Both the position numbers and the translations under genes were made by a program. Positions 25,701 to 38,177 of a DNA stretch of 64,000 nt are shown here, piece by piece (positions within the stretch are counted from its first letter, which is position 1; each line of letters opens with the position of its first letter). Below the pieces are notes generated by a model. That model did no database searches, was not told the origin of the DNA, and saw nothing but the letters and a program-made list of their open reading frames with translations. The stretch lies in the NCBI GenBank assembly GCA_048128005.1, contig JBEUKZ010000081.1, positions 62,001-126,000 of the forward strand. Direction: 5' to 3'. The stretch comes from Veleropilina oligotropha (taxonomy: Eukaryota).

Positions 25701-27020
25701 ATATTCCACAACTTATATTACTGATATAAGGTTATAGCGTCCTCGATTTAACGTATAAATCGGAAGACAAATTTGCGGAGCAAAAAACTCGTCTTTCCGT
25801 TTCGGCGGAAAACTTTGAATTGAGGTCTTGTGATCTCGAGCTCGGATATCTCACGAGACTTGGCGAGATCTCGCCGGGGGAACTTAGAGAGCGGGAGCAG
25901 GGGAGGTAATCGTAGTACGTTTTGACTTAATAAGTGCCTAAATGTGACTTTATTCACTGTTTCCGGTTAGCGATAATATGACTATTATGGCAAGAGTAAG
26001 GACGTAAGTAGTTTGTAACTACATATTTACAAAGTATGACACCCAAAACCAGATATGTAAGCACTATAAGAAAAATTTTGATCATTGAGCGTGGAGCAGT
26101 CTCAAAAATTTAGAAATGCTTGGCATTATGCTCACAGGCCTATAGTTACCCTTATCCAGTGAGTCAATTTTCTTAAATATAGGAATAACCTAAGCGTGAT
26201 GGAGACTGCTCGGAAAAGTACATTTATTTATGTCTGACAGAACATTACTTATAGGGGTGATACATGATTTTAAAATGCGGACAGATATGCCATCAACACC
26301 AGTCGCCTTTTTCTTTTCTAATTTGGAAATAATTTTGGCGACTTCTATTTCACAGACTGGTGAGAAAGAGAAAAATGTATTCTGTACCTTAATATTATTC
26401 TCTATATCTTTGACACTGGGGTGATTGTCTAAATCTACATTATTCAAATTAGCACCGATGTGATTGGCGATATTAGCAGTGTTCATTAAAAGTTTTACAT
26501 ACCAGCTCTGGTTTGACAACACATGACCATTTTCACTTAATACAATAACATTGTCACAACTGATTGATTTTTTAGAGAGGAAAGGTTTGATGGTCGGACA
26601 AGAATCCTTAGCTTTGGGTCCCTCACCACATCTCTCTCTAAAATACTGTCGTGGACCGTTGTTTTCATCCTATTAACAAGGTTGCGATGCTTTCTGTAAG
26701 TCTCCCATTTTTCACTGGTGCTAGTTTTGGAATATTAAATTTTGTTGTACAGCATATGCTTCTTATATATTGCAAGTCGCAGATTACCATTCATGTAAGA
26801 AAGTTTACTTGGTCTAGATTTCCGTTCCTTCAATGGAGCATGTTCATTGATGACTTCATTGAGGCAGTATTCATGGGCCCAGTAAACATCATCACAATCT
26901 TCAAAAACATAAGCCGCCTGAAATGGTATCCGACTTATATCTGATTGGAAATTAGCATCTGAAAAATGTTTAAAACTCCTGTGCATACTGGTTCTGTTAT
27001 TGAACCTGGGTGTTTTACCG

Positions 27021-27311
27021 TTGATCACCACACATATCAAATCATGTGTTACCCTTGATCGCCACACATATCAAATCATGTGTTACCCTTGATCACCACA
27101 CATATCAAATCATGTGTTACCCTTGATCGCCACACATATCAAATCATGTGTTACCCTTGATCGCCACACATATCAAATCATGTGTTACCCTTGATCACCA
27201 CACATATCAAATCATGTGTTACCCTTGATCACCACACATATCAAATCATGTGTTACCCTTGATCGCCACACATATCAAATCATGTGTTACCCTTGATCGC
27301 CACACATATCA
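27021..27311. repeat. 34-bp minisatellite, ~8.5 copies, inside the LINE endonuclease region
   Basis: Unit TTGATCGCCACACATATCAAATCATGTGTTACCC with 34-nt spacing. Confidence 0.95.
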
Positions 27312-29299
27312 ACACTTATACCACATCTGCAGTTGAAACTTGTAGCACAGTACTGCGGTTTATTGGTGAGAGTGACATCTACCAAAGAGGCAGCACAATT
27401 TAAAACATGACCTGGCTGATTTAATAACATTTTTAAAATCAAAAATGTCACATATATCCTGTAAAGGTGAGCATTTATCCGGATCAAGCATGTCATAATT
27501 AAGGTCACCGTTTACCATAACATTGTCAAACACTAGTACTGTGCCAATCTTGTCGAGGCCTATGATAGCAATGTTTTTAAAAAGCTCATTATCCATGGAT
27601 GGGGACCACTGCCCACTTTCTATCATTTATGTGATGTAAGTATTAAATATTTGTTGAAGAAATGTAGGGTGTTTGAATGATGGTATATTGACGCAAAATA
27701 TATTCGATAATTATTTAGCATTATTAAGATTTATTTATCCATCAGTGTTGAGTTTTGATTGTTGATGTTTCTATCTGCTAAACAGCGGGTGATAAAATAT
27801 CTTTAAACTCACTCCTTATAGATGCATTGGACAATGCATTAAGGAAAAACATTTTGAATTGCTTTGCAGACAGGGTTAACTTATCATCATTCAATAAGGT
27901 AGAAACTCGTTTCGCCGTCACTGCTGTCGATTTCAGTCACCACGTTGAATGATAAATCAGTTACCGTATTGGAGTCCTTCGTTTTCTTGGTCATATTAGC
28001 ATATGCACGTTACATTTTTCATACACTAGAGCATAATATTATGCAAAAATTGCATCAAAATACCTATGAGCTCATTCAGCACCTGTACATTTATTGAGCC
28101 TCGTTGAGCCTTCCCTTGCCAGGAGCACTACCAAATGGTCACATTATAGCTATGGACGACCGCTACTTTTACACGTATCATAGTTTTATCACCTGCGGTT
28201 GCGTGACAATGATACAATTTTCACGGACAGATTAATAAATTTCCAAACAGTAAACCTTGCGATTTGATTTGACCAGGAAAACTTGCGTGCATTATTATGG
28301 TCATTACAACCGGCACTGTATACACGACACTGCGTAGAAACATAAGGATGGCAAGCAGACGCCGCAGATGCATTTCCTCTACATGGTATAGTATATTGCA
28401 TGGATTGGTTGGTGGTTGGCTCCTTTGTTTTACGACCAATTTAGTAATTTTTCAGCCTTAATGCAGTCGGGACATCTGGTTTAAAGTCTCACTCCAATCT
28501 GACAAACATGCCTTCTATTATTTTAAGTGGTAGAATAAGCCGCCACTGGCCTCGATCCTGGGCCGTTCTGGCTGTCTCGGTCAGTACCCAAACAAAGAGT
28601 TTAATTTCGTTGTAGATTTTAATGGGAAAAAGATAAACCAATGTGTTTACACATAATAAATTTTACATCTAAAAGATCACAGAAATTAAAATACAACATT
28701 CATGACATGTTCCCAGAAACGCCTGCCATGTGACTAATAAATATATAATAAATGTACATACGGCGCAGCATCTGCAGTTGCCAGAAAAACAGTCATTGCT
28801 CTGTAGATTGATCTGAAAACTAGTTTTACAACAAGGCAATATGTAATGCAGATGAGAGTAATGGAATGCAATGTGCTGTTGGAAAACGCATGCTCACACG
28901 AGTAGGGACAAGGTGAACATGCCGAATAACGTGAAGTGGTTTGTGTCCTCTCATCTTTTCGATACCAAATCCAATGTCTTAATAAATATAGAAACAATGA
29001 ACGAACTATTCAAATGAACTTTGTGAAAAGTTGACACAACACCATAATGTATACCGGTACTAGCTTGATCCCATGCTCCGCACTGTGAAATATTAAATTT
29101 GCTTCATGTTGATCGTTAGTCCAATATTCAAACTTGATTTATTGGTGAAGTAATAATTTTGTGCCCGCTGTCGTCAATAAATAAGAACATTCTTATTCAT
29201 AATACCACAGTTACTTTCCTTATATCATGTGACAGTCATGTGTCCCGATTTATCAGTTAAAGGTCGGGCTGATAAATTGTCACGAAATTCAACAAGAAA

Positions 29300-29425
29300 G
29301 CCAATATAAGTGTGCACGTCACCAGAAAACTGCATTACGGCAATGGACACCCATTACGCGGAATCATTTAACAATGCATTAAAAAATATATATCATGACA
29401 AGCGTATTGTTTTCGAGGAAAATAA
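29300..29425 (+). mobile_element. Small transposase-like relic
   Basis: MDTHYAESFNNAL.NIYHDKRIVF resembles the 'T...ES.N......KR..F' C-terminal catalytic region of Mutator-like invertebrate transposases. Confidence 0.35.
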
Positions 29426-29954
29426 TACCAATGTCTTACAAAAGTTGGTCGGAACATTGGAGAATATTAAATTGTGCATTGATGTCGATGAAATGCTTTT
29501 TCCTGGCAGTATGTTTGGATTAAAATAACATGTGCATTAATCTACTTCAATCTTGATTTTATTAGAGTAATCTAATTACGACATTTGGCTTTTGTTGTTA
29601 CAGCAATTATCACCTGCAAAAGTGACTGGCCATATTGAATAGCGGACGATGTAGGACCACGCCACTAACTAGAAGGCCAAGACCACTGACCACCCGGCCG
29701 CAGATTCCGGCCTTTAAGAGTACCACCAAAAATGTAAAATCTATTTTTTTTCCCTGTTAGCACACTCATCAATTTAGCACCAAGATGGCTAAGATTTGTC
29801 ACTCAGTGATGGCGAAAAGCCGGCTTACAGAAACACCAACTGCGTATTTATATATAAGATATTTCATTTACAAAAATACCAGTTTTGCACAACCTATAGA
29901 TGATGGAAAGCATTGGGCAACCAAACCAGCAACAGAAGTAGCAAGCCAAAACTC

Positions 29955-30260
29955 ATAGAGAACGAATGTTCCCGGATGAATGAATGGCCCCAAATGCTGC
30001 TCAAACCATCGACTGAATGTGCCATGACACAAGCATGGCCCCAAACGCTACTTAAATCAGAGAACGAATGTGCCAGGACACAAGCATAGCCCCAAATGCT
30101 GCTAAAAGCAAAGAACGAATGTCGAATTTGCTCAATCAACGAGCAACAGTGTGCAGTGTTAGTCAGTTAATTTGCTCAATCAACGAGTAACAGTGTGCAG
30201 TGTTAGTCAGTTAATTTGCTCAATCAACGAGTAACAGTGTGCAGTGTTAGTCAGTTAATT
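29955..30260. repeat. Two adjacent short tandem arrays (~51 bp x3, then 44 bp x3)
   Basis: AACGAATGTG...GCCCCAAATGCTGCT units, followed by AATTTGCTCAATCAACGAGTAACAGTGTGCAGTGTTAGTCAGTT at 30125, 30169 and 30213. Confidence 0.85.
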
Positions 30261-32886
30261 GTAATGAAGGAAAAGGAAAAATGTCATAAGAAAATAGAAG
30301 CTTAGAGAATATTAGAATTACTTAAAACCACATATTGCTTTATATATATTAATAAGGTCTATGAAAAGTAGAACACCAAGTCCAAATCAAACTGTACCTT
30401 CATCATGGCTCTAGGTAGTTTTTTTACCCATGGTGTGTGGTATACTCTGTATTCGAAGTCTGGGTGTATTCTTGTACACAATATAAATTTGCCTCATGAC
30501 GTTGCAGATTTTCGCGTATATATTCAAACTTTGTAGTTTTTCACAATTTATGTTATATTAATGTAAAGACATTAAAATTTGCCAACAATATGTAAACCGC
30601 CAACAATATGTAAACCGCCAACAATATGTTAAATTCAATAAAGAATACGATATGTACACCCAATTTCTTACACCTGGACGTAAAAGTAAGCGAAGATTTG
30701 TCAAGTGGGTGTGTTTCGTATTTTTGCGGTTCACCCTCTTTTTAGAGCCCTGCTTCATGAAAATATCTTGCGACAATAATTTAAATACATGTACAGTTCC
30801 TTACTTTATGTATTCCGATAATCTCTTAACAGTGAAATAATAATGTCACCAACACATAATTTTACTCTAATATTCACTTAATTATGTGGTTTTTAGTAAA
30901 CTAATTCAAACTGTTCCTGCACTTTTATGGACAAGCGCTTTTCTCGTCCCTTTCTAGAAAGCACCAATGAAACAAAAAAGTGTAAATATTAGACAATATT
31001 GAACAATCAATCTATAAATAGATATCAATATTGAATTTGGCAGCAGAATGACAAACGTTTGTGTGAAGGAATGAGAAATCGGTGCTATGTATCTGTATAC
31101 ATATATATTATCACCAGAGAACAGCCAGAATATTACAACAATTTAAAAACTGTAATAAGTGAAGGGTTTGGTCTACTAAGAAACTATATCTGTAATACAT
31201 AAGACATCATAATCTCTGTAAAAACAAAATAAAAGTCAAAGAGTATATTTTAGACTATTTATTCTTTCTAAACCCAAAGAAATAATATTCAAGTCTATAA
31301 GTTTATGGTCTCAAACTGAAATATGCATAATTATATAAGAATATTAGAAGTTGCTAAGATCTATGCATTTAATTTACCCTTTGATCCGTTTACCCTATGA
31401 AAATACTGAAGTTTTATCTAAACATTTATTTTAGCATCATATCTCTCTAATAGGTGTAAAAGACGCAAAATATTAAATATTTACATGCAAAAGCATTCTT
31501 TCAAAAAGAACAATAACAAATAACAACATTGCATGAATATATTGTAACGTTAACGCATTAAAATACCACCGATATATAATAATTGGGTTCAACAGTCGTC
31601 TGCATAAAATATTAACCATCTTAGTACAAACCAGTCGGTCCACAATTTGTCAAAGGTCCTCGCATATCAGGTAACGTATCCATGGCGTAATGAATCGCAT
31701 TACATCTCTTACTTCAAACAAAGGTGACTTCTTGCCTACATTAAGTTAAGTGCAAGTTCCAATCTCAATTGAAAATAATATATATTTATATGTACATCAC
31801 AGCCAAATTGCTGCCAAAATCTATCTTAACAATGAAAATGTATATATACACTATAGTTACAACAAGAAATTGCATTAATATACACTTGTAATGGTGCATA
31901 TCACTTTGTTCGCTACCATATAAAATAATCGAGTTAAAATGCATAAGAAATATGAACTAGATCACAGTCGATAGAATGTGCTAGGCATTGTACACCTCTC
32001 ATACGCATGCAACAAGATCAACGTTTGTGGGGCAACAGTACCACGTCTCATCAAATAAGCAGACGACACAAGTAATTAACTCCATGATTATAGACACCAT
32101 GAGAGCAAGGCACACACCCATGGTGCAACTGTATTGAAGTACCAGATACTGGAATTATATGGAGGCTAGTACATGTAGTTTATAGCAGACACGCATTACC
32201 TGCATTAAAGTGGAGTCTCTGATAAGATGAGGTACCGGTTGCATGATCTTGCATGATTTGCAACAAAGAAATGTGTCACAATCATACAATAATAACAAAT
32301 AAAATTAATTATTAAATGGGACTTAACCAGACAATTTCATTACACAAAAAGAACGCAAATAGAACAAGATTAAACACGCATTATGGCAATCTGCATCAGT
32401 TGGCACACTAATTATGAGAACCTAACAACTCATTAACAATGATATATACAAAAGTAACATAATACCCAATTTTAATAGTATAATTTTACTGACGGTATAT
32501 AAATAATATGTAATACAAAATCCTCGTAAACAAATACGATATGAAAAAGAATAAAAGAAAACGAAATAAAATTATAAAACAAAACAAATCACTGAGATCA
32601 TAATAGCATTTCTCTGTTGCTTGTTGATCTTGTCATGAGATGTAGGCCAGGCAGATAGCAGAAGTTGAAGGTGTTTACACTGTTACCTCACAAAAATGTT
32701 ACATATATTGGCTCTATGTGAATGCGTTGCATATGCTTTTAACCATATCTACATCGCTTTTGCAATAGGGATTTGATATCGTACCTTGCCCAGGTGCCAT
32801 TAGGTGAAGATGATTTTTGCCCTCAGTATCCTGACTATCTGCCTGGCTGGCTAGTCGTGCTTGGCTACCGCCGCTTAGTGGTGCGG

Positions 32887-32997
32887 TTACTGGATGCTAC
32901 ATGCTGGGGCAGTAACCTCCATTCCCTTCCCACCCCCGTGGTGTGGCCGACTACTTGTGGCAAGCGGTGTCGGCGGGGAGGTGGGCGGGACATCTAG
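32887..32997 (-). other. KCNAB: Candidate stop-codon readthrough extension of Kvbeta (36 codons, ends CSIQ-TAA) with stimulatory stem-loop
   Basis: TGA-CTAG context, then the open frame LDVPPTSPPTPLATSSRPHHGGGKGMEVTAPACSIQ*. A GC-rich hairpin spans ~32990-32923. Confidence 0.65.
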
Positions 32998-33090
32998 TCA
33001 CCTAGCTAGCGGTTCACGTTTCACGGCCGGTTTGTTGCCCAGAAGCTTGTCGATCTCACACATTAAGAGAGGTGTGAGCTTGGACACGTA
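32998..33090 (-). CDS. KCNAB: Kv channel beta subunit, distal terminal exon B
   Basis: TTTGCAG acceptor, phase 0; YVSKLTPLLMCEIDKLLGNKPAVKREPLAR-TGA matches the conserved Kvbeta C-terminus (PKL...EID..LGNKP). Confidence 0.85.
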   Translation of the reverse strand, partial: YVSKLTPLLMCEIDKLLGNKPAVKREPLAR

Positions 33091-34680
33091 CTGCAAAGAA
33101 ATGAAAACCAGATTAGGCCTGGTATTCCACACCAGTAAAACGAAATATAAACATATTCATCATAATAAGCAATGAACAATGAAGAAAGAAAACAAAAGGG
33201 AGACAATTAGTGATATGAGCGCTACAGAATGGAAGAGATCTAGAGATATGATGGGTTGTGAACAGTAAGCATATTGAGATACGATATATAATGAAGGTAT
33301 CTTTTGAAGCTAAGCTTAATATCCCATTTTAACATCCTTCAAGCTCGTACCAATGCATGTCCATGTAATCCCCGGATAGCCGCCCCGGACAACTGTGACT
33401 GTTAATTGATCAAAATGCCAAGCCGACGATTCAAACCCACTCCTGTTAAACGGAGCAGTCAGGTGATTGAATTGGACGTCACACACATTTAATTATCCAT
33501 TTCATAATTATCCATAGAAATGATAAGGGGATAATTATGATTGCGATGAAAAAATTAAACACCTTTGTCAATGAATCTGTTTGTGATAAATACTGGCAAC
33601 ATTGTGACGAATATCATAAGCTTTCATGGGGATGCACTTTGAGGGTGACATTAAATGAAAACAGGTCACTTGCATGACTGTGCATGATCACGTTTTGACC
33701 TGGTAAATGGATTCTATTATTATTGTATACAAAATATTAAAGGAAAGTTAAATAATTAAAAGATACATACAAAGGAATCCAGGGACAAAGCCAACAAATA
33801 ACAAATAAAATCATTGAACTCCATCCATTATCGATATCAATAATGATACAGGAATCATAACAATCTCTTGTTACATTATGAATCCTCTTTCATCTAACTT
33901 ATGTTAACAACTTTGTACACCAACAACATATACCGGTATCATTACAACCTATTGCACCCTACGGCCAAAACAATATATGTTACAATTTGTGCCACAACAA
34001 TCCCTTGTAGCATACACCTAGTGTAACATGTCACCGCATTCAATTTGCAATACATTGCCCATATCAAACTCATTCATTTAGTTTCACAATACCGTACCAA
34101 ATATCATTTTTATCAAACAGGTCCACACTTTATATGAATGGCAATATTAAAAAATTAAAGCATATTTTATTCCTGCATGATTCATATATCTACTATGATT
34201 CATATATCTACTATAATTAATATAACTATTATAAAACAAAAATATTCAATACAAGTAAGATGGCATGCAGTGCAACCACTTTCACCATGTATGAAATTCT
34301 AGTATCATTTATAAAGAATACAATACAGGGGTGTAATACAGGCACCAGGAACAGAAGCCTAGCAAGCAGTGGAGCAGTGGAGCAGCAGAGTGAGATGAGT
34401 GAAATGTAGTAAAGGGTCAATTGTCACCATTAATTGTTATTATGTGGCTATTCATTCAGATTTGAAGACCTTCAGTATATCCTTCACATGCAGTAAAATC
34501 GACTGAACATTCGTTGGCAGCGTATGCCATGTTATGGTTCAGTAAAATCGTCATCATGGCTTGGATCAACCGTTGGTTATTGATATTTATCTTGGATATG
34601 TTATGGAGCCAGCAATGCAATGAAAATCTCAAAAGACAACCACCAAAAAATATCGAGGCAATCCAAATCAAGTCTCGAAG

Positions 34681-34794
34681 TTACCATGGAACGTTTCTCT
34701 TAATATGCATGGAAGCAAGAACTTTCCGTTTTGGTTTATTTTCTAACAGGAAATCCATGTACTCCATGAGCTCTTGAGTAAGTTTAGGTACAAA
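34681..34794 (-). CDS. KCNAB: Kv channel beta subunit, proximal terminal exon A
   Basis: CAACAG acceptor, phase 0; FVPKLTQELMEYMDFLLENKPKRKVLASMHIKRNVPW-TAA. Candidate AATAAA at 34171-34166. Confidence 0.8.
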   Translation of the reverse strand, partial: FVPKLTQELMEYMDFLLENKPKRKVLASMHIKRNVPW

Positions 34795-34889
34795 CTGTTG
34801 AGAAAGTAAGACAAACATTACAAACATGTGCAGGGAGATGGGTAATGTCTACAAACACACATTATTTCTTTATCCTGCAACTACAAAAA

Positions 34890-36238
34890 TAGATGGTCGC
34901 AATGCCACCATTTAACCCGCCTGACGTGCTTCTGTCAAAATATAAGATGACCTTTGATTGATTGCGTTCACATATATAATACTTTATCATTAATAGAAAT
35001 ACATTATCTTTAAATTATTTGTTTGATTTGCTTTGAATATTAGCTGATAATTTGAACCCTGACCAGTTGACCCGAGTGATATTAGACACTGTATACAGTC
35101 AGTCTGCTCTTGTATAATTAATGACAACAAATACTGCCATTTCAAGAAACCATTGGAATGAACCAATGGGAAGCCAGATTTCAAAATCAGTTTAATTCCA
35201 ATTTTGATAATTTCAGCTTCACAGAGTGACCATTAAGCTTAACAGCTTACTATGCCTATTGGCAGTGAGCAAGTCTTACAGATAAGCACATGTCCCTTTC
35301 ATCGTGCACACATAATATTTACATAATAAATATAAAAAACAAATAAGCGTACTATTTATCATTTATATTAATATTCATACAAATAATGTTACTGCATCGA
35401 TGCTCAATAGTGACAGGCATAACCAAATTCTCAATAATAACTGTTTTAGTTTGTTATCCGAAAAGAATCCTTGTAAACATTTAATTACCTTAACACAAAG
35501 TAAACAAGTTTTAAAAGTCACATTTTTATCCCCAAAGTACTTTTCCAGTAACATGCTTAATTTATAATTAGTATTCGGTTGGTATAGTTCACATAATCCA
35601 ATAAAAAAAGTTGAATATATCTGATATAACTACATGTACTTACCTTGAAAGGAAATGTTAAAAAATCATCATCTAAACATTTTCCTTAACGCAAAATCAA
35701 AGTTCATATAAAGCATGTTCCAACCAAAAAATACCTCAATAATGTACATATTGCATGTACCATGAACAGCATAGTAAGGAGTGACCTACACGTAAACATA
35801 TTGGAAATTAGAGTCATTGCCTGAGATCAAAGTAGATAAACTTCACCTAAACATTTTCCTTAACGCAAAAGTAAACAAGTTAAAAAAAATCACATTTTTA
35901 TCCCAAAAATACTTTTCCAGTAACATCATTAATTTTGAATTATTACTTGGTTGTTAGGTCCTATGATCCCCTGAAAGTAAATGTTTAAAAATCATTATCT
36001 AAACATTTTCCTTAACGCAAAATCAAAGTTCATATAAAGCATGTTTCAACCAAATAATACCTCAATAATGTGCCTATTACCATTAATAGCATAGTAAGGA
36101 GTGACCTAAATATAAACTTATTGAAAATTAAAGTCATTGCTTGAGATTATAGAAGATAAACTTCACCTAAACATTTTACAACGTCGTACGACTGCTGATG
36201 ACAATAGCTCTCCTGTTCTTCGAACAGGCGAGCTAAAA
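34890..36238 (+). mobile_element. HINE-like non-autonomous element with ~350-bp tandem duplication
   Basis: 3' hairpin TAGCTCTCCTGTTC-TTC-GAACAGGCGAGCTA-AAA; duplicated block ~35475-36180; the segment at ~35200-35340 resembles 48700-49160. The 5' boundary is approximate. Confidence 0.5.
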
Positions 36239-37885
36239 TGTGAAAACTTGCTAGATTAAATGTAAAGCAGGACAAGAAATAATGATATAATTATAATACT
36301 ACATCTGCATAACAAACATCTAAATGGCAATTATAATTATAATAGCAGGATTAAATGTAAAGCAGGACAAGAAATAATTATATAATTATAATACTACATC
36401 TGCATAACAAACATCTAAATGGCAATTATTTCAATACAAAATTTAAACTAAGTTAATATAACTAAGCATGCATAACAAAATGTTGAAATAAAATAGCTAT
36501 ACAGCCATTGATGACACACAAGAAGACGGAGCCATCAATATCCCCTTGATATCCCCGCACTGGCTCACCCACAATTACTAAACACTTTAATGATCTCGAA
36601 GCTACATTAGGGTAAGCACAATATCATTATTTTAAATAACAAGGGAATTAACTCTGAAAATAATTACTGCACAATGTTAAAATTAGCAAAAGGCACTAGT
36701 TCACCAACTATATTGAATTCACCCATCTAGTTTCGAAAAGATGCGAAATTAACAAAATGTACTATTTCACCAACAACTTAATACTCCCACCAAGTTTCAT
36801 TATGATATGTCGAGTGTTTTTGAGAAATATTTCAGAAAGATAACGGTAACAAATTTAAGACAAGGGAAATAACTCTGCCAATAATCGCCGCACAATTCCA
36901 AAATTGGCGAAAGGCACCAGTTCAGAAACTACTTAATGCACCCACCATGTTTTGTAAAGATATGTCAAGCGGTTTACGAGATACGCTCCAGAACCAATTT
37001 ACAACAAGGGAAATATGCATTTATTCCACAGAAATTATATGTAATTGGTATCCACATAAGATTTACATGATGTCAAAATTTGTCTTCCTATTCCTCAAAG
37101 ACATTAATTTTGTGCATGCCGACTACTACATCTCTTTTCAACATTAATGTGCACTATTTTGTACAGAATATATAATCAAATACTTATATCTGTAATATCT
37201 CTCATGCTCATGATCTCTCTGTATAACGCAATGGGAGATAACTCATGTTGGATATAAAGAGTGAAGCATACGAGTGTATGAACCGAGCTCGATCAACATT
37301 GAGTGCATGTATAAAGACACAGTGGTGTTGCTAATCAGATAATAGTACCATCTGAATAGGCATTGTCCACTCTGTCCACTATCATTGTAACAGCTGCCAA
37401 GAAGACGATAATTAACTAGCTGTCTTATCAGAAAACGTAATTAAAAGTTGTTGAAATAATGAAATGTGTTTTTAGTTAGGTTACTATGGAGGTTTATTTA
37501 TTCACATAAATGGTAAAACAAAAATATTATGCAATTTCAGTGGCATAACTTATATAACACCTAAAAATTGTTCACACCACAGTCTGGCTCACAGATTATC
37601 ACCTCCGTCGCATGACGCACACAAAGTTATACAATATCATTAGCGGTAGAATAAATAATTGAAATATCGGAATTATTTTTCATTCTTACATCTGCAGGTA
37701 AATTAAAAAAAAGGCAACACAAATTAATAAAGACTTACTTTTTTCTTTGTGTTTATTGTTTGTCTCAGAAATCATTGACGTATTGAAAATCCCGTATTAA
37801 CGTGGGAAACCCAACAGCCCGGGCCTGTGTTACAGACAACTGCGACTGTATAATTCACCAAGTCGCTGATTGCCGGCTCTCTCAC

Positions 37886-37974
37886 CTGTAAGGCCTGGAT
37901 GTTCTCATACAGCTGACCGACCGACGACGCTCCCAGCAACACGCAGTGGACATTGTCACTCTTCAAACACCAGG
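37886..37974 (-). CDS. KCNAB: Kv channel beta subunit exon
   Basis: AG/GT flanks; (A)WCLKSDNVHCVLLGASSVGQLYENIQALQ; phases 1/0. Confidence 0.92.
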
Positions 37975-38177
37975 CTGAAATGTGCCAGTCATGTATTGTA
38001 TATCTTAACTAGCACTATATTCGATATGAACCAACATTTTAAATTATTGCCATTTTGGCAAAATTCTAGTGATTTGATTGGCTTAACACTATGTCACATG
38101 GCTCCATATGATGAATTTACCCTGGTAATACGAACTCCCAAGCAAGTAATACGGTGTTATATTACCCGTGTAAATTA

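Larger units (their letters stand above)
18750..26025 (-). mobile_element. DIRS1-type tyrosine-recombinase retrotransposon, copy 1 (full length, defective)
   Basis: 200-bp ITRs (18786-18985 / 25811-26010), ICR at 19045-19134, Cys/His gag N-terminus (~25057), RT (LPFGLSSAP, YLDDWL), RNase H (FTDAS, INFLELEA, TDNTT), methyltransferase-like domain (DLFA...YAFPP) and YR. Confidence 0.95.
16500..27626 (-). mobile_element. Degenerate L2/CR1-group LINE ORF2, split by Tc1 and DIRS insertions
   Basis: EN motifs GDLNYDML and LVDVTLTNKP (27300-27600), KKATGVDGIS (26300), LMDLSRAFDCLPHD and GVPQGSILGP (18420-18620), YNYADDN (~18350) and NPDKFQA (16700). Confidence 0.8.

Noticed and set aside
32780..33000. 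Stand-alone structured ncRNA or HDV-like ribozyme in the GC-rich island
   Set aside because: No ribozyme core found; better explained as the Kvbeta terminal exon plus the post-stop region on the minus strand.
32998..33000. Selenocysteine recoding of the TGA
   Set aside because: No SECIS core identified, the position is not catalytic, and the CTAG context points to ordinary readthrough. Not formally excluded.
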